A stretch of 63,042 nt of DNA, the filler included, from an uncultured bacterium (lineage in GTDB: Bacteria > Latescibacterota > UBA2968), in the NCBI GenBank assembly GCA_964471275.1. It is 16 parts of 16 records of this genome, joined end to end, with 100 filler letters (N's around TTAATTAATTAA, not from the genome) between each part and the next. Parts side by side here need not be neighbours in the genome. Positions count along the whole stretch, not along the records: positions 40,671 to 44,390 come from CAYYGZ010000332.1; positions 44,491 to 48,197 come from CAYYGZ010000333.1; positions 48,298 to 51,947 come from CAYYGZ010000334.1; positions 52,048 to 55,676 come from CAYYGZ010000335.1; 12 more parts are not named here. One strand, 5' to 3'. The first letter of the stretch is position 1; each line of letters begins with the position of its first letter. The notes under the pieces were generated by a model. The model saw only the letters and a list, made by a program, of their open reading frames with translations. It ran no database searches and was not told the DNA's origin. Positions 40,830 through 52,433 of the stretch are shown here, piece after piece. The translations under genes and the position numbers were made by a program.

Positions 40830-41960
40830 CTACGCTACCATCGCTTCCGCATCCGCTCCCATCGACGCGCACCACTCGCGATAGACAGATGGTGATATCT
40901 CGGATGGTTTGATCTCGCTGCGGCCTCCCCAGAAAACATTCGTGTATCCCAGAGGAATGTCACAAGCGGCCAAATGATCATCGACCGCCTGCTTGTGCTC
41001 GTATACCTTGTCACGTTCTGTCCCGTGAACAACACCCATGATGTTCACGTCTCCGAACTCGGGTCCACCCTCTCGCCAGTAGCAGTGAGTCATGATGTGA
41101 TGGCGCCCCACTTCGCATCCAGCTTCGATCTCCCGACCCTTCGGGACCGCCCAGTGGAACAGCGCGTTATAGCGGGTCACTCGCTCACCCGTCTTCAGTT
41201 CTTTCGAATGCTCGAGAAAAGTCGAAAAGCGTCCCACGACCTTTCGAAACTGCAGATCTTCTGCAACGTCGTAGAACTGATCAATCGGGACGCCTGCTTC
41301 ACTTGCTCGTGCCACCCACGGATCGTCCTGGATCTCCTCCACTTCGAATTCACGCTTCAACGCCATCAGCACCTGCCAATCCAGATCTGAGAGCTCGACG
41401 ACCTCTACTTTCCGTGGCTCTGCCGGTTCCTCGGCCTTGCTTCCGATTTCCATCGACCGCCGCCTCACGTGACCCACACCGAGTGCAAATATGCTCTTCG
41501 CAGGCATCAGACGGAAGGTCTCCGCGCCGGTCTTCTCACACAGCAGTCTACAGTGATGCTCGATCGAATACGGCTTCGGCACTTTCACGGTTGTCCATAG
41601 CCGATAGCGCGCGCCGGTCTTGCCCTCGTCTGTCGTGCGAATGACCACGTGACCGGAAAACGGATCCTGTTGGAACATCCATTCAAAGATCTCGGTTAAC
41701 CGCTCCTCGGGAACCTGCCAGGCGACCAGCGCCCCAGGAGCCAGGTTCGTTGCCATAAGCGTCTGCCTTACACGACGAATCGTTCCGCCTTCAACCATCG
41801 CCCGGATACGGGCAACCACGTCGTCGACCGACACACCAGACTGGTCGGCAATCTCGCGAATCGGATTCCGGTGAAAGCCCTGAATCTTGTCCTCGGATAC
41901 GGCAAGAACGCGAGCATTTACCGGGTCATCTGTCGCGATGGGAATCAGATCTGTGAGCAT
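40830..41960 (-). CDS. Fused AhbA/AhbB (NirDL-like) siroheme decarboxylase-like protein, Lrp/AsnC fold
   Basis: Two tandem wHTH plus RAM units; ALVAWQVP...GHVVIR...YRLWT and NALFHWAVP...THCYWR...NIMGVVHG. Confidence 0.75.
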   Translation of the reverse strand: MLTDLIPIATDDPVNARVLAVSEDKIQGFHRNPIREIADQSGVSVDDVVARIRAMVEGGTIRRVRQTLMATNLAPGALVAWQVPEERLTEIFEWMFQQDPFSGHVVIRTTDEGKTGARYRLWTTVKVPKPYSIEHHCRLLCEKTGAETFRLMPAKSIFALGVGHVRRRSMEIGSKAEEPAEPRKVEVVELSDLDWQVLMALKREFEVEEIQDDPWVARASEAGVPIDQFYDVAEDLQFRKVVGRFSTFLEHSKELKTGERVTRYNALFHWAVPKGREIEAGCEVGRHHIMTHCYWREGGPEFGDVNIMGVVHGTERDKVYEHKQAVDDHLAACDIPLGYTNVFWGGRSEIKPSEISPSVYREWCASMGADAEAMVA

Positions 41961-42115
41961 TCACTTACTCGAGTTGACTTGGACTTGTTGACGAACTACC
42001 AAGGAACCGTGGTTACCCCACGCTCCGCGAGATCTTCAACGCTACAAAGGATCAGGAGAGGATCCGCAGATCCCGGCGTGCTTCTTCCTGCCCCTGAGCT
42101 CATGACATTCTGATG

Positions 42116-42787
42116 CTAGTCTTCGAGATCATCGAGGCTGGCAACCACACGACTGATCAAGCCATACTCGACGGCCTCATCGGCAGACATCCAGTAGTCA
42201 CGATCGGTATCCTCGGAAACCTTCTCGAGAGGTTGACCGGTCTCCTGCGCATACAGTTCGTTGATCCGCTGTCGCAGCTTCAGAATCTGCTCGGCTGTGC
42301 GCTTGATATCTTCAGCCGCGCCAAAAGATCGCATAGAGGGCTGATGAATCATGATTCGAGCGTTCGGCAGAGCCAACCGATCCTCTTTCGCAGCCGCCAG
42401 CATAATGACGGTTGCGGCGCTCGCCGACAATCCCGCGCTGATGATCTTCACCCGGGGACGGATGAAGCGAATCATATCGTAGATGGCGTAACCATCGTCA
42501 GCGCTGCCACCCGGCGAATTAATGAACACCTTGATCGGCTCCTTTGGGTCCTCATGATCGAGATGCAGGAGCTGCGCCGTGATACGGGCGGTAAGCTTGT
42601 GGTCGATCGGATCGGAAATCAGGACTGTACGTGACTTGATCAGGCTGCGACCGAGAAACTCCCCGTCTCGTGTCCCCTTCTCCTCGTCGTCTTCTTCTTC
42701 GTCTTCTTCCTCATCATCCATATCAATGGCATCAGGAGAAGGGCTGTTTTGGTCCTTCTCTAAGGGCCATCTCCGATCGTCAAACAT
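42116..42787 (-). CDS. clpP: ATP-dependent Clp protease proteolytic subunit
   Basis: INSPGG, ASAA catalytic Ser, IMIHQP, DRDYWMSA; acidic N-terminal extension. Confidence 0.93.
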   Translation of the reverse strand: MFDDRRWPLEKDQNSPSPDAIDMDDEEEDEEEDDEEKGTRDGEFLGRSLIKSRTVLISDPIDHKLTARITAQLLHLDHEDPKEPIKVFINSPGGSADDGYAIYDMIRFIRPRVKIISAGLSASAATVIMLAAAKEDRLALPNARIMIHQPSMRSFGAAEDIKRTAEQILKLRQRINELYAQETGQPLEKVSEDTDRDYWMSADEAVEYGLISRVVASLDDLED

Positions 42788-42862
42788 GATGCATCCTTCC
42801 TCGAGGCAAGCTTCAAAAATAATGGTGCCACAACCTTCCGAGACACCCTGAAAAGCGAATTT

Positions 42863-42891
42863 AATTTATCCGATCGTCCTCCTTACGTCAA
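42863..42891 (-). promoter_or_regulatory. Putative sigma70 promoter of clpP
   Basis: TTGACG-N17-TAAATT on the minus strand. Confidence 0.5.
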
Positions 42892-42956
42892 GCTGCATAA
42901 GGCTTTAGGCACCCCTCTGCCTTGACTTGATAGCCCACGTGCCGGTAACTTCTCGC

Positions 42957-44261
42957 GTGACTTCAGCACACAGAAAACCTGACAACATCCGATCTCAGGC
43001 CATCGAAATCCTGTGCCAGGTGGGCAACGGCGCCCACGCGGACGATCTGTTAAACCGATCTGAGGGATACGGCGCAGCTGATCAGCGGTTACTCAGGGAG
43101 ATCGTGCTCGGCACGCTCACCTGGCGTGCTCGAATCGACCATCACCTGAACGCATACCTCAAGAAACCGATCTCTCGCCTTAAGGGTCCGGTCTGTGAAA
43201 TCCTGCGGTCCGGGGCCTACCAGATCCTCTACCTCGATCGCGTGCCAGGCTATGCTGTTGTCTCGGAGTGCGTCAACCTCGCGGGTCGACACGGCAAAGG
43301 AGTATCCGGCCTTACGAATGCGGTCCTGCGAGGACTGGCTGAGCGCCGCAAGCCGGTTCGCACACCCGATCCAGACAGACAACCGGTCGAATACCTCTCG
43401 ACAGAGCTTTCGCATCCGACCTGGCTCGCCCAGCGATGGCTTGATCGATATGGCTTCGACGCGGCCCGGCAGATGTGCGAAGCCGGCAACACCAGATCAT
43501 CGATCACGATCCGCACAAATCCGCTTAAAACCAGCGTAGGCGGCCTTCAGGAAGCACTCCTCACGGTAGGTTTCGACTCCGCACGGGTTCCTGGTCTTGA
43601 CGGGTTTCTGAGGATACAGACCTCCGCCGGATTATTCGACACGGACGCATTCGCGAATGGCTGGTTCTCTGTTCAGGGCCCAGGAGCAGGCCAGGTTGCA
43701 CACCTGCTGATCTCAAAACCGGGAGACAGCGTCCTCGATGTCTGCGCCGCCCCAGGAGGCAAGGCTACCTCGGCCGCGGAAAAAGCCGGCGTAACCGTGT
43801 TCGCGTCCGATGTGGGCATATACCGCCTCAAACGGCTCCTTGAGAACGAGCAGCGACTCGGTTTGAACCTGAGGATATCGGCCTCAGACGCACGCTTCCT
43901 GCCCTATCACGGCCAATTTGATCACATACTCGTCGACGCTCCCTGCACCGGGTTGGGGACGCTCTCTAGGCATCCGGAAATCCGCTGGCACCGTGATCCT
44001 GACGACCTTGTCAGAATGGCGGAGCTCCAGACGGAGATCCTGTCAGGAACGGCAGGCAGCGTATCGCCAGGTGGATCACTCCTCTACGCAACCTGTAGCA
44101 CAGAGCCAGAAGAGAACGAACAGATTGTCGAAAGATTCCTGAAAACCCACCCCGAATTTCGTCTCGATGATAACGAGGAGATGGATCCGGTTCTGTCAAT
44201 TCTACCAGACCGAGACGGCACAGACGGTGCATACGGAGCCCGACTCAGAAAATCGACCTGA
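42957..44261 (+). CDS. rsmB: 16S rRNA (cytosine967-C5)-methyltransferase
   Basis: NusB-like N-terminal domain (NAVLR), DVCAAPGGK, DAPCTG.G, YATCS; start uncertain (42927-42957). Confidence 0.92.
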   Translation: MTSAHRKPDNIRSQAIEILCQVGNGAHADDLLNRSEGYGAADQRLLREIVLGTLTWRARIDHHLNAYLKKPISRLKGPVCEILRSGAYQILYLDRVPGYAVVSECVNLAGRHGKGVSGLTNAVLRGLAERRKPVRTPDPDRQPVEYLSTELSHPTWLAQRWLDRYGFDAARQMCEAGNTRSSITIRTNPLKTSVGGLQEALLTVGFDSARVPGLDGFLRIQTSAGLFDTDAFANGWFSVQGPGAGQVAHLLISKPGDSVLDVCAAPGGKATSAAEKAGVTVFASDVGIYRLKRLLENEQRLGLNLRISASDARFLPYHGQFDHILVDAPCTGLGTLSRHPEIRWHRDPDDLVRMAELQTEILSGTAGSVSPGGSLLYATCSTEPEENEQIVERFLKTHPEFRLDDNEEMDPVLSILPDRDGTDGAYGARLRKST

Positions 44262-44490
44262 AATTTCTTATGAAATCGACGAAAGTGCCGATTATTCATA
44301 CAGATATGTCCGTCTGGATACGACAGAATCACGGGAATTCAGAGATGAATAGACTCACCATATCGATCATTGCACTACTTGTGGCGACCCNNNNNNNNNN
44401 NNNNNNNNNNNNNNNNNNNNNNNNNNNNNNNNNNTTAATTAATTAANNNNNNNNNNNNNNNNNNNNNNNNNNNNNNNNNNNNNNNNNNNN

Positions 44491-45110
44491 TGACGATCGG
44501 GCTCGTAGGCGTTCTGGTCAGTATTGTGCTGGGGAGCGTGCTGGGTGTCGTGTCCGGCTACTTTGGTGGCATTGTGGATGAGCTGCTGCAGCGTCTGATC
44601 GAAATCCTACGTGCCTTTCCACAGATACCGCTGTGGATGGCGTTGTCAGCGGCCATCCCACCTGACATCGATCAACTGAAGACTTATTTCATGATCACGT
44701 TGATTCTGTCGTTCCTGGGATGGACGTCACTGGCTAGGCAGATCCGAGGTCGTATCCTATCGCTTCGGAACGAGGAGTATGTTCTGAGCGCCCGTCTGAT
44801 GGGCGCGAGCCACATCCGCGTCATATTCCGACATCTGATCCCTGCGGTTTTGGGACACATCATCGTGATCGGTACGATAGCGATTCCGCAGATGATTCTT
44901 GCTGAGAGTTCGCTGTCCTTCCTCAACCTGGGCATCCGACCCCCAATGACGAGCTGGGGTGTGCTTCTCCAGGACGGTCGTAGCCTGACCACACTTTACT
45001 ACTACCAGTGGCTGCTGATCCCCTCTCTGTTCATCATCGTGGCCGTTCTTTGCTTCAATTTCCTCGGGGACGGGCTGAGAGATGCGGTTGACCCCTACTC
45101 AAAACCTTAA
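44491..45110 (+). CDS. Peptide ABC permease (DppC/OppC), C-terminal half; continues 58887..59389
   Basis: TIGLVG...EYVLSARLMGA...LAESSLSFL.LG..PP..SWG...GDGLRDA.DP. Confidence 0.9.
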
Positions 45111-45193
45111 TCGGCAGGCCCAGCAGTAGATGGTCGCCCCGGCGGAATGATACATCGCTCCCCGAGGCGTTTTCTGTGCTGAAGCGGTACGAT

Positions 45194-45766
45194 CTACTGT
45201 CTCTGGTAGCTTGTCAGAAGAGAATCGCCGTATCGTCGGCTTCTTGTGGCGAGGAGCGTAGCGATGGCACGGGGAAGGTCCGTCTCCCTGTCGTGCTGGA
45301 CAAGAACACGGGCCTTCTTCCTGAGGAGATCGGATTGGCCCAGTTGGGTCAAACAGGCCAGCGATAGGGGCACTTCGTCACCAGATCTCGCGTCGTATGG
45401 GGGATCTACGTAAACGATGTCAAACTGCCGTGCCTCGTCGTCTGCCCGCGCGAGGAGCCGCACCCAATCCAGAGTCGTGAGCGTGACCCGGTCATCCAGG
45501 GACCAGTCCGTAAGAAGGGAATGGATGAAGGCGGTGCGTTTCCTATCGTGGTCATTCATCCAGACCGTCGCACCACGACTGACCGCTTCTACCCCGATTT
45601 GTCCGGATCCGGCGAACATATCGAGGACGTAGAGACCCGAGAGATCGGACCCCAGACTGCCGAAGACAGCTTCTTTGACGAAATCCGATGTAACACGCGC
45701 GTTCCCAAATCGTTTGTTGTTGAAGGGAATCTGCCTTCCCTTAAGCGATCCAGTGATGACTCTCAT
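45194..45766 (-). CDS. rsmD: 16S rRNA (guanine966-N2)-methyltransferase
   Basis: MRVITGSLKGR, DMFAGSG, DPPY, YGDS. Confidence 0.88.
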   Translation of the reverse strand: MRVITGSLKGRQIPFNNKRFGNARVTSDFVKEAVFGSLGSDLSGLYVLDMFAGSGQIGVEAVSRGATVWMNDHDRKRTAFIHSLLTDWSLDDRVTLTTLDWVRLLARADDEARQFDIVYVDPPYDARSGDEVPLSLACLTQLGQSDLLRKKARVLVQHDRETDLPRAIATLLATRSRRYGDSLLTSYQRQ

Positions 45767-45852
45767 CTCGCGACTCCAATGTGTGGCCGTACAGAGAATC
45801 GGCCGATGCAGTAACTTCTGCACCGGCCGTCCCTCGTGTCGCTAGACCGAAG

Positions 45853-48197
45853 CTAGTTGCCGTAGCGGAACTTTACCTCGCGCGAAACCTCCTGGCCAGT
45901 CACCAAGTCCGTGATACGAATTTCTAGAGCGTTCACACCCGGCTTGGCTTTCTCCAGATCGATCTCGACGTACTCCGCTTCGATCTCCGTGTTTGCACCT
46001 GTGTGCTCCGTCTCGATGGAGAAAGAGGGTTTGCGGTTCCGGAACAACGCCTTGAAGCCCGAAGAGACGGCGCCGAAGACGCCGACCGAAGGCAGTGAAC
46101 TGGATCTGACGTTGTATTGAGTCTTGTAGCTCGTTTGGCCAAATTCGTTCTTGTTCAGGTTGTAAATCTCGAAGTAGGCATAGACCTTTTGCCGTTCGCC
46201 GTAGGTACGGGTGGGCATGGGGATGATCCAGATGTCGCCCTTCTGAAACTTGTCCTGCCCATGATCTTGGAAGCCAGAGCCAAGCTGGATGTCGCTCATA
46301 TGGAGCGTTTCCGGGGCGTAGTCGCTGACTTCCAGCGACTGTTTGTAGAGACCCGTCCGTCCGGAGACCATATCCTTCACCTGGATCTGCAGCTCATATT
46401 TACCGGGTGGCACCTCGGTGGTCAGGATCTCGGGGACAAAGGAGCCACGCGTATCGGCAAAGTTTGCAGCCAGCCCGGCGTAAACGAACTCCTGAGCGCT
46501 CCGGTAGACCGTGGTGTGTCCTTCGTCGGCCAGGGCAAGGGCACACTTGACGTGGATGATCGCAGAATCCGCGCTGGATTCCATCTCAACCTGCTCGGGC
46601 GGGATCCCGTAGTAGACCTCGAGCTTGGTTTGTCCCGTGCCATTGATCGACTGGAAATCAGCCAGGTCGTAGTAGAAGTTGAGTGCGGGACCGAATGCAC
46701 CCGGGCGGTAGTAGTCCGGATTCTCGCTGGTCGCTCGCTGCACGATGACCTCGGGGGCGTGTTCGGTCATCCGCGCGATGTAGCGGATCGACTCTGCATC
46801 CTCAAACTGGCCGTCGGGTAGAGGGGCATACGCGTAAGTCCCGTTGCCCATTTCATCGGTGAATGTGATCTCAATTCCGCCAGAGACCTGTGTGTAGGTC
46901 CAAGTCTCCCACGGTACCGTCTCTGCTTCATTATCGATCGTTACAGGCGCGTGCCCGCCAAACTGAAGTCTGATCACGTGATTGTAGAATTCACGTTCGG
47001 AATTTTCATCGTCATACTGCGAAAACGGGTCGCGGTCGAACCGGGCGCCTCGCTCAGACGTGAAGACGGCCCCATCATCGTCAAAGTCGGCCTCACCTCC
47101 CGAACCCGAGTCGATGGCCGGGCTCTCACCGATATTCTCCAGATCTGAGCCGACCGTCTGATCCTGCGGATCGAAGATGCGTCTCGTTCTGATCGGAAAA
47201 ACCGGCCCGGTGAAGGTTAGGAAAGCAGCCTGTGGACCGTAGATATCGACGGCCATCTTGGTGCGGACGGCCTCGACCTCCGGACTCTGTATGAAGTTTC
47301 GCTGGTTCGATCGAGAGCGATAGTCGGGTTCGCCATACCGGATGTATACCTCGCCCCGTTTGTCCCACGGATACTGATTTTCTGAGAAGAAGGTCCGCGC
47401 ATACCAAATGCGTCGATAATGCTCGATGATACGTTCGTTGATGTTGGTGAGAATATCGGGGTCGCGACGAGACCAGAACTGCTCAAGGAAGGCCTGCCGT
47501 TCCGGCCCCGGGGCTGTCGCCTGGAATGAGACAAGCTCCTTTTCAGACGCGACGTGTGTGATGTCAGTGAAGAGTTGGCGCTCACGGCCATCGAGATTTT
47601 GTAGAAAGCGCTCGAAGCTCTCCAGGGCCAGCTCGAATCGCTCCTTGTAGAAGTGCCCCTGACCCACAAGCGGAATGAGCTTTGTCTCGTCGGGATTCAG
47701 ATCGGCGTAAGGTCTGATGTGTGTGTTGATTTTGTCGAAATCCTTCGCCTGCACGCACGCCAGTCCGAAGTAGAAGAGCCCGTCCGGATTGTCCGGCTCA
47801 AGCTCGATATACTTCATGTAGTATCCGACGGCCTTGGTGTGTTCCTCCTGGAATCGCTCATATGCCTCACCCAATAACCGATAGGCGGGCCCATAGTCGG
47901 GATCGAGCTTTGTCGCCCGTTTGGCTTCACCAACCGCTCGTCGGAAATTGTAGTACGCGCTCATCCCCTTCGCCGGGCTTTCGGCGAAGACGAGTCCGAG
48001 GCCGACATACGCCTCGACGAGTTTTTTGTCGAGTTTTTTGGCCGTTTCGAACGATTCCTGAGCCAGATCCCATTCCTGTTTTTTCAGGTAGACGTGCCCG
48101 ATCCGGGTATAGAGAACCGCGTCCTTCGGGAAACGCTCGAGCAACTGGGTGAATGTCTCCAAGGCCTCGTTCATCTGGCCTGATCCCAGCTGTAGAT
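45853..48197 (-). CDS. TPR plus GWxTD-domain protein (5' truncated)
   Basis: TPRs, then FW..RDPD..T..NE...EHYRRI.YA...WDKRGEVYIRYGEPD and a C-terminal beta-sandwich. Confidence 0.85.
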
Positions 48198-48297
48198 NNN
48201 NNNNNNNNNNNNNNNNNNNNNNNNNNNNNNNNNNNNNNNNNTTAATTAATTAANNNNNNNNNNNNNNNNNNNNNNNNNNNNNNNNNNNNNNNNNNNN

Positions 48298-48363
48298 GTT
48301 TCGATCGAGGACGGTCACGATGTTGCCTGTGTCCTCTACAAAGAGGAGGTGACGCGTGGCTGA
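48298..48363 (+). CDS. Peptide ABC ATPase (DppD/OppD), C-terminal fragment
   Basis: [21 protein letters not shown]; overlaps the next ATPase start. Confidence 0.6.
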   Translation, partial: VSIEDGHDVACVLYKEEVTRG

Positions 48364-49405
48364 TCAACAGACGCTCTTGGAGGTCCGGGATCTACGGAAG
48401 TACTTCCCGATCACGAAGGGGTTCTTCAACAACGTTGTGGGGCACGTTAAGGCCGTGAACGATGTGACCTTCGACCTGTATGAAGGTGAGTGCCTGGGGC
48501 TTGTCGGGGAGAGCGGATCCGGAAAGACGACGGTCGGCAGAACAATCCTGCGAGCGCTTGCACCAACGAGCGGCCGTGTCAATTTCCGGATGAATGGTAA
48601 GATGGTCGACGTCTCCGGGGCTACACACGAACAACTCAAGGGTCTGCGCCGGCATATGCAGATGATCTTTCAGGATCCGTATGCGTCGCTGAATCCCCGG
48701 ATGACCGTTCTGGACATCGTGGGCGAACCCTTGCTCGTGAACGGCATCGTCAATCGGGGAGAGCGTGAGGATCGTGTGAGGGAGCTCCTGATCCGAGTCG
48801 GTCTACAGCCGCACTTCCTGCGGCGGTATCCGCACGCTTTCAGTGGGGGGCAAAGACAGCGAATCGGGATCGCCCGCGCCTTGGCTCTGAATCCCAAGCT
48901 AGTCGTCGCCGACGAGCCGGTGTCCGCTCTGGACGTGTCCGTTCAGGCTCAGGCTCTGAACCTTCTTCAGGAGCTACAGAGAGAGCTGGGTTTGACCTAT
49001 CTGTTCGTCGCACACGATCTCAGCGTCGTGCGGCATATCTCGGATCGGGTGGCCGTGATGTATGTCGGTCGCATCGTAGAGATCGCTGACGTCGACCTGC
49101 TTTTCGATCACCCCCTGCATCCGTACACAGAAGCGCTGCTGTCCGCCGTTCCCGTACCGCGGCCGGGTACCAAGAAGAAGCAGGTTCTGCTGTCAGGGGA
49201 GGTCGCGGATCCAAGCAACGCTCCCGCCGGATGTGCCTTCCACCCGCGATGTCCCTATGCAGAAGACCGATGTCGTGAGGAGATTCCTGATCTACGAGAG
49301 ATCGAGCCCGGGCACGAGGTAAGGTGTCACCTCGCTGAAGACCTCTCACTTGAGGGGATGCCGGATATCCCGGTAGTGGTTGAACAACAACGGAGGGAAG
49401 CATGA
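48356..49405 (+). CDS. Peptide ABC transporter ATP-binding protein (DppF/OppF)
   Basis: [35 protein letters not shown]. Confidence 0.93.
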   Translation: MADQQTLLEVRDLRKYFPITKGFFNNVVGHVKAVNDVTFDLYEGECLGLVGESGSGKTTVGRTILRALAPTSGRVNFRMNGKMVDVSGATHEQLKGLRRHMQMIFQDPYASLNPRMTVLDIVGEPLLVNGIVNRGEREDRVRELLIRVGLQPHFLRRYPHAFSGGQRQRIGIARALALNPKLVVADEPVSALDVSVQAQALNLLQELQRELGLTYLFVAHDLSVVRHISDRVAVMYVGRIVEIADVDLLFDHPLHPYTEALLSAVPVPRPGTKKKQVLLSGEVADPSNAPAGCAFHPRCPYAEDRCREEIPDLREIEPGHEVRCHLAEDLSLEGMPDIPVVVEQQRREA

Positions 49406-49788
49406 GAGTTGAGCACGTCGCATTTCTTGTTGAAGACGTGAATGCTGTGGCCAAGTGGTATTGTGACAATCTCGGTATGCGGCTGGTCCGGCAGGGACCC
49501 GGGCCGACGTTTATGACCTTCATCGCGGACGAGGGCGACAATGTGTTGTTCGAGATCTACCAGAGCCCGGATGTCGCGACACCTGACTACGCATCACAGG
49601 ATCCGCTGGTGCTGCATCTGGCTTTCTATTCGGAAGACGTCGACGGTGAGCGTGCCCGATTGATCGAAGCGGGGGCAACGCCTGTCGGTGACGTCTGGCA
49701 CCGTGAGGACGGTGACGTGCTCGCGATGCTGCGCGATCCCTGGGGACTTGCCGTGCAGGTACTCAGTCGTAAAGAGCGAATGCTCTAG
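49402..49788 (+). CDS. VOC (glyoxalase/bleomycin resistance) family protein
   Basis: EHVAF, LHLAF, LRDPWG. Confidence 0.88.
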   Translation: MRVEHVAFLVEDVNAVAKWYCDNLGMRLVRQGPGPTFMTFIADEGDNVLFEIYQSPDVATPDYASQDPLVLHLAFYSEDVDGERARLIEAGATPVGDVWHREDGDVLAMLRDPWGLAVQVLSRKERML

Positions 49789-49805
49789 CTCGATTTTTCT
49801 GAACT

Positions 49806-51947
49806 GTGTCTTTTACCGAACATCCTGCCGGGGCGGCTGACTTCTCTCTTAGACGGGTTACCGTCCCCGCAGGACTCTACCTCGCCGCTCATTTCCTGGC
49901 ATACGTGGCTCCCGCGCGTCTCTGGGGTGTCGACGGTCTGACCTATCTCCCGTTCTGGTTTGCCCCGCTTTTCGCTCTGGCAATCCTCATCATTCTTGTC
50001 CCTGCGCTCCGGGATCCTGTCGCCGTTGCTGTCGACCACGCTCGTCGGGTTTTCGCAGGAGATCGTATCCCCCTGTTTCGGCGTCTCGTACTCGCGAGCG
50101 TTCTGTTTATCGTCCTCAGCTCTGTCTTCGCCAGCGCGGTGCCTCTGCTGGGTGACGGGCAACTACACATACGTGCGCTTGGCGATCAACACTGGGAGTC
50201 CAACCCGCAGACCGATCATTCGCCACTCGTGTTCTGGGTGATGCATCACGTCTTTCTGTGGATTGCTGAGACAAGGTCAGCCGCAGCGTGCTATGCCGGG
50301 TTCAGTCAGGCGGCAGGCATTGCCTTCCTGTTGCTGTCGGTTGCCGGGAGCCGCGTGTTCTCGACCGACCGGAATGCGGGCCACGTCATGCTGCTGCTTC
50401 TCATCACCCAAGGCTACGTGCAGCACTTTTTCGGGTACGTGGAGAACTATGCGATCCTCTTTCCGATGCTCCTGGCATTCCTCGTTCTCTGTCAGAGGTG
50501 TATGGTCGGCCGGACACCCGTCTGGATCCCTGGTGTTGTTCTCGGCGTCACCGTTTCGCTGCATCTGATCACGCTTGCTGCTGCCCCCGCGTTAGCCTGG
50601 GCTACACTGCGCAGGACGGGACGTGTGACGATCTCGGTAGTCAGTCTCGCCGTCGTACCCGCGACCGCCTGCATTGTCCTGGTGCTGATAGGGTTGCCGT
50701 ATGATGCGTTCCTCCACTTGGAGCCGGGTCATCACACGCTCCAGCTACTGGGAGAGGCCGATCACTACAGACCGTATGCCCTGATATCCTGGTCACACGC
50801 GATGGAGCTCTGGAACCAGTATGCACTCGTGGCTCCAGCGGCCTTGATCTGTCTTGGGCTTGCCCGTCGCTTCCAATGGCGGGATCCGACAGACACCATG
50901 CTTTTCCTTGCAGCCGCGCCACTGGTTGCCTTCACCGTTCTGTTCAATCCAGAGATCGGGGCGTTCCGGAATTGGGATGTGTTCGCGCTCCCCGCTCTTC
51001 CTTTGACGCTCCTGGCGGGCCGCTGGCTCGGTCGCGCATACGCGGGTGTCGAGACCTCGCGAATTGCGGTCAGCGTGGTCGTGATCGCGTCGCTCGTGCA
51101 TACCGCGTCCTGGGTCGGTCTGAACGCGAATGCGGATGCCGCGGCGGCGCGTTTCGATCATAACGTCCAGGAAGGTGCGAACTCCGATCATGCGAGATCT
51201 CACGGGGCCGGGTCACTCGCAGACTACCACAGAGAGGAGGGAAGACTCGATGAGTCGCTTGCGGCCTTCCGGGCTGCCTCTCGATACGGGCCTTATAACA
51301 GCAGATACTACGTCGCTCAAGCGTACATACTCAATCTTATGGGGAGGAAGGGCGACGCAGAGAGGGTTCTGGAGGAAGCTCTGGATCTGGATCCCGACCG
51401 ACCGGATGTCCTGGTCAATCTGAGCAAACTTTCTCTCGAACGTGGGCAGACAGGTGAAGCCAAGCGTCTCCTGCTCAGGGCCCTGAAGGCAGATCCGAGC
51501 AATGCAGGAACGATTCACGGGCTTGGGATGGTTGCCTACCGAACAGGCGATCTCACTGTGGCACGGGATCTGTTCAGGCAGGCGTCCGAGATGAACAGTC
51601 GAAACGTGAACTACGCCGTCGATCTGGGCATGGGGCTGCAATCCCTGGGTGATCTCGGACAGGCCGAGGTTCTCTTCCGCGAGGTGATCGAGAGAGAACC
51701 GGGTATGATCCGGGCGAGAATGAACCTTGGCATGGTATATTACGAACGTCAAGACTATGCAGCTGCCGCTGCGGCGTATCGGAGCGTTCTGAACCGTGAT
51801 GCGACTCAATCGAGTGCACATCTGAATCTGGGCCTGACGCTGATCGAGCAGGGGGATCCGGAGAGTGCGCGAAAGCATCTTGAACGGGCACTTGAGCTGA
51901 ATCCTGAGGACGAGGAAGCGGATCAGATACGAATCACGATCTCCGAG
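49806..51947 (+). CDS. Polytopic membrane protein with C-terminal TPRs (TMTC/GT-C-like); 3' truncated
   Basis: More than ten hydrophobic segments with LLGDG, FFGYVENY and GAFRNWD loops, then about seven TPRs. Confidence 0.78.
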
Positions 51948-52193
51948 NNNNNNNNNNNNNNNNNNNNNNNNNNNNNNNNNNNNNNNNNNNNTTAATTAAT
52001 TAANNNNNNNNNNNNNNNNNNNNNNNNNNNNNNNNNNNNNNNNNNNNGACGACTTTCAGGCGATGCTCAAACTCCTGGACCGACAAGCTGCCGGCAAGGC
52101 CGGGACCGCCATTACAGTAAGCAGAGGAAGGTACGCATCGCAACCCAAGATACGGGCAAGCGTGACTGATGGAGGGGATTACGGGAACTGAAA

Positions 52194-52226
52194 ACCCCCG
52201 CCGATGTCATAGTTGTCGGCAGGGGT
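52194..52226. terminator. Hairpin, possible terminator
   Basis: ACCCCCGCCGATG / TTGTCGGCAGGGGT stem after a gene fragment. Confidence 0.45.
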
Positions 52227-52433
52227 CGTGACTACCCGAAGATGCTGAGCCAGCCTATCTCGCTATCAGCTTTCTGTTCGCCTTCTTCCGAAGGTCGATC
52301 TTGGCCAAATCAAGCTTACAAATAGACTCGGGCCTTGCTTCCACTCGCGGTACTTTCTTGTGGATTCCCCTCGGGGTCACCATTACTATGCACAATAAAT
52401 AGTCGGGCGAACCCGTCTGGCGACGCTATAAGC

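Noticed and set aside
42922..42959. Leaderless rsmB transcript (TTGACT-N18-TAACTT, 5 nt before GTG)
   Set aside because: The promoter match is weak and the start codon is uncertain
32997..51947. Possible join of contig end 51947 to contig start 32997 (would end the TPR protein ...ISETIGDQL* overlapping the amidohydrolase GTG)
   Set aside because: Plausible, but it rests on a 3-bp overlap that is expected by chance among this many contig ends
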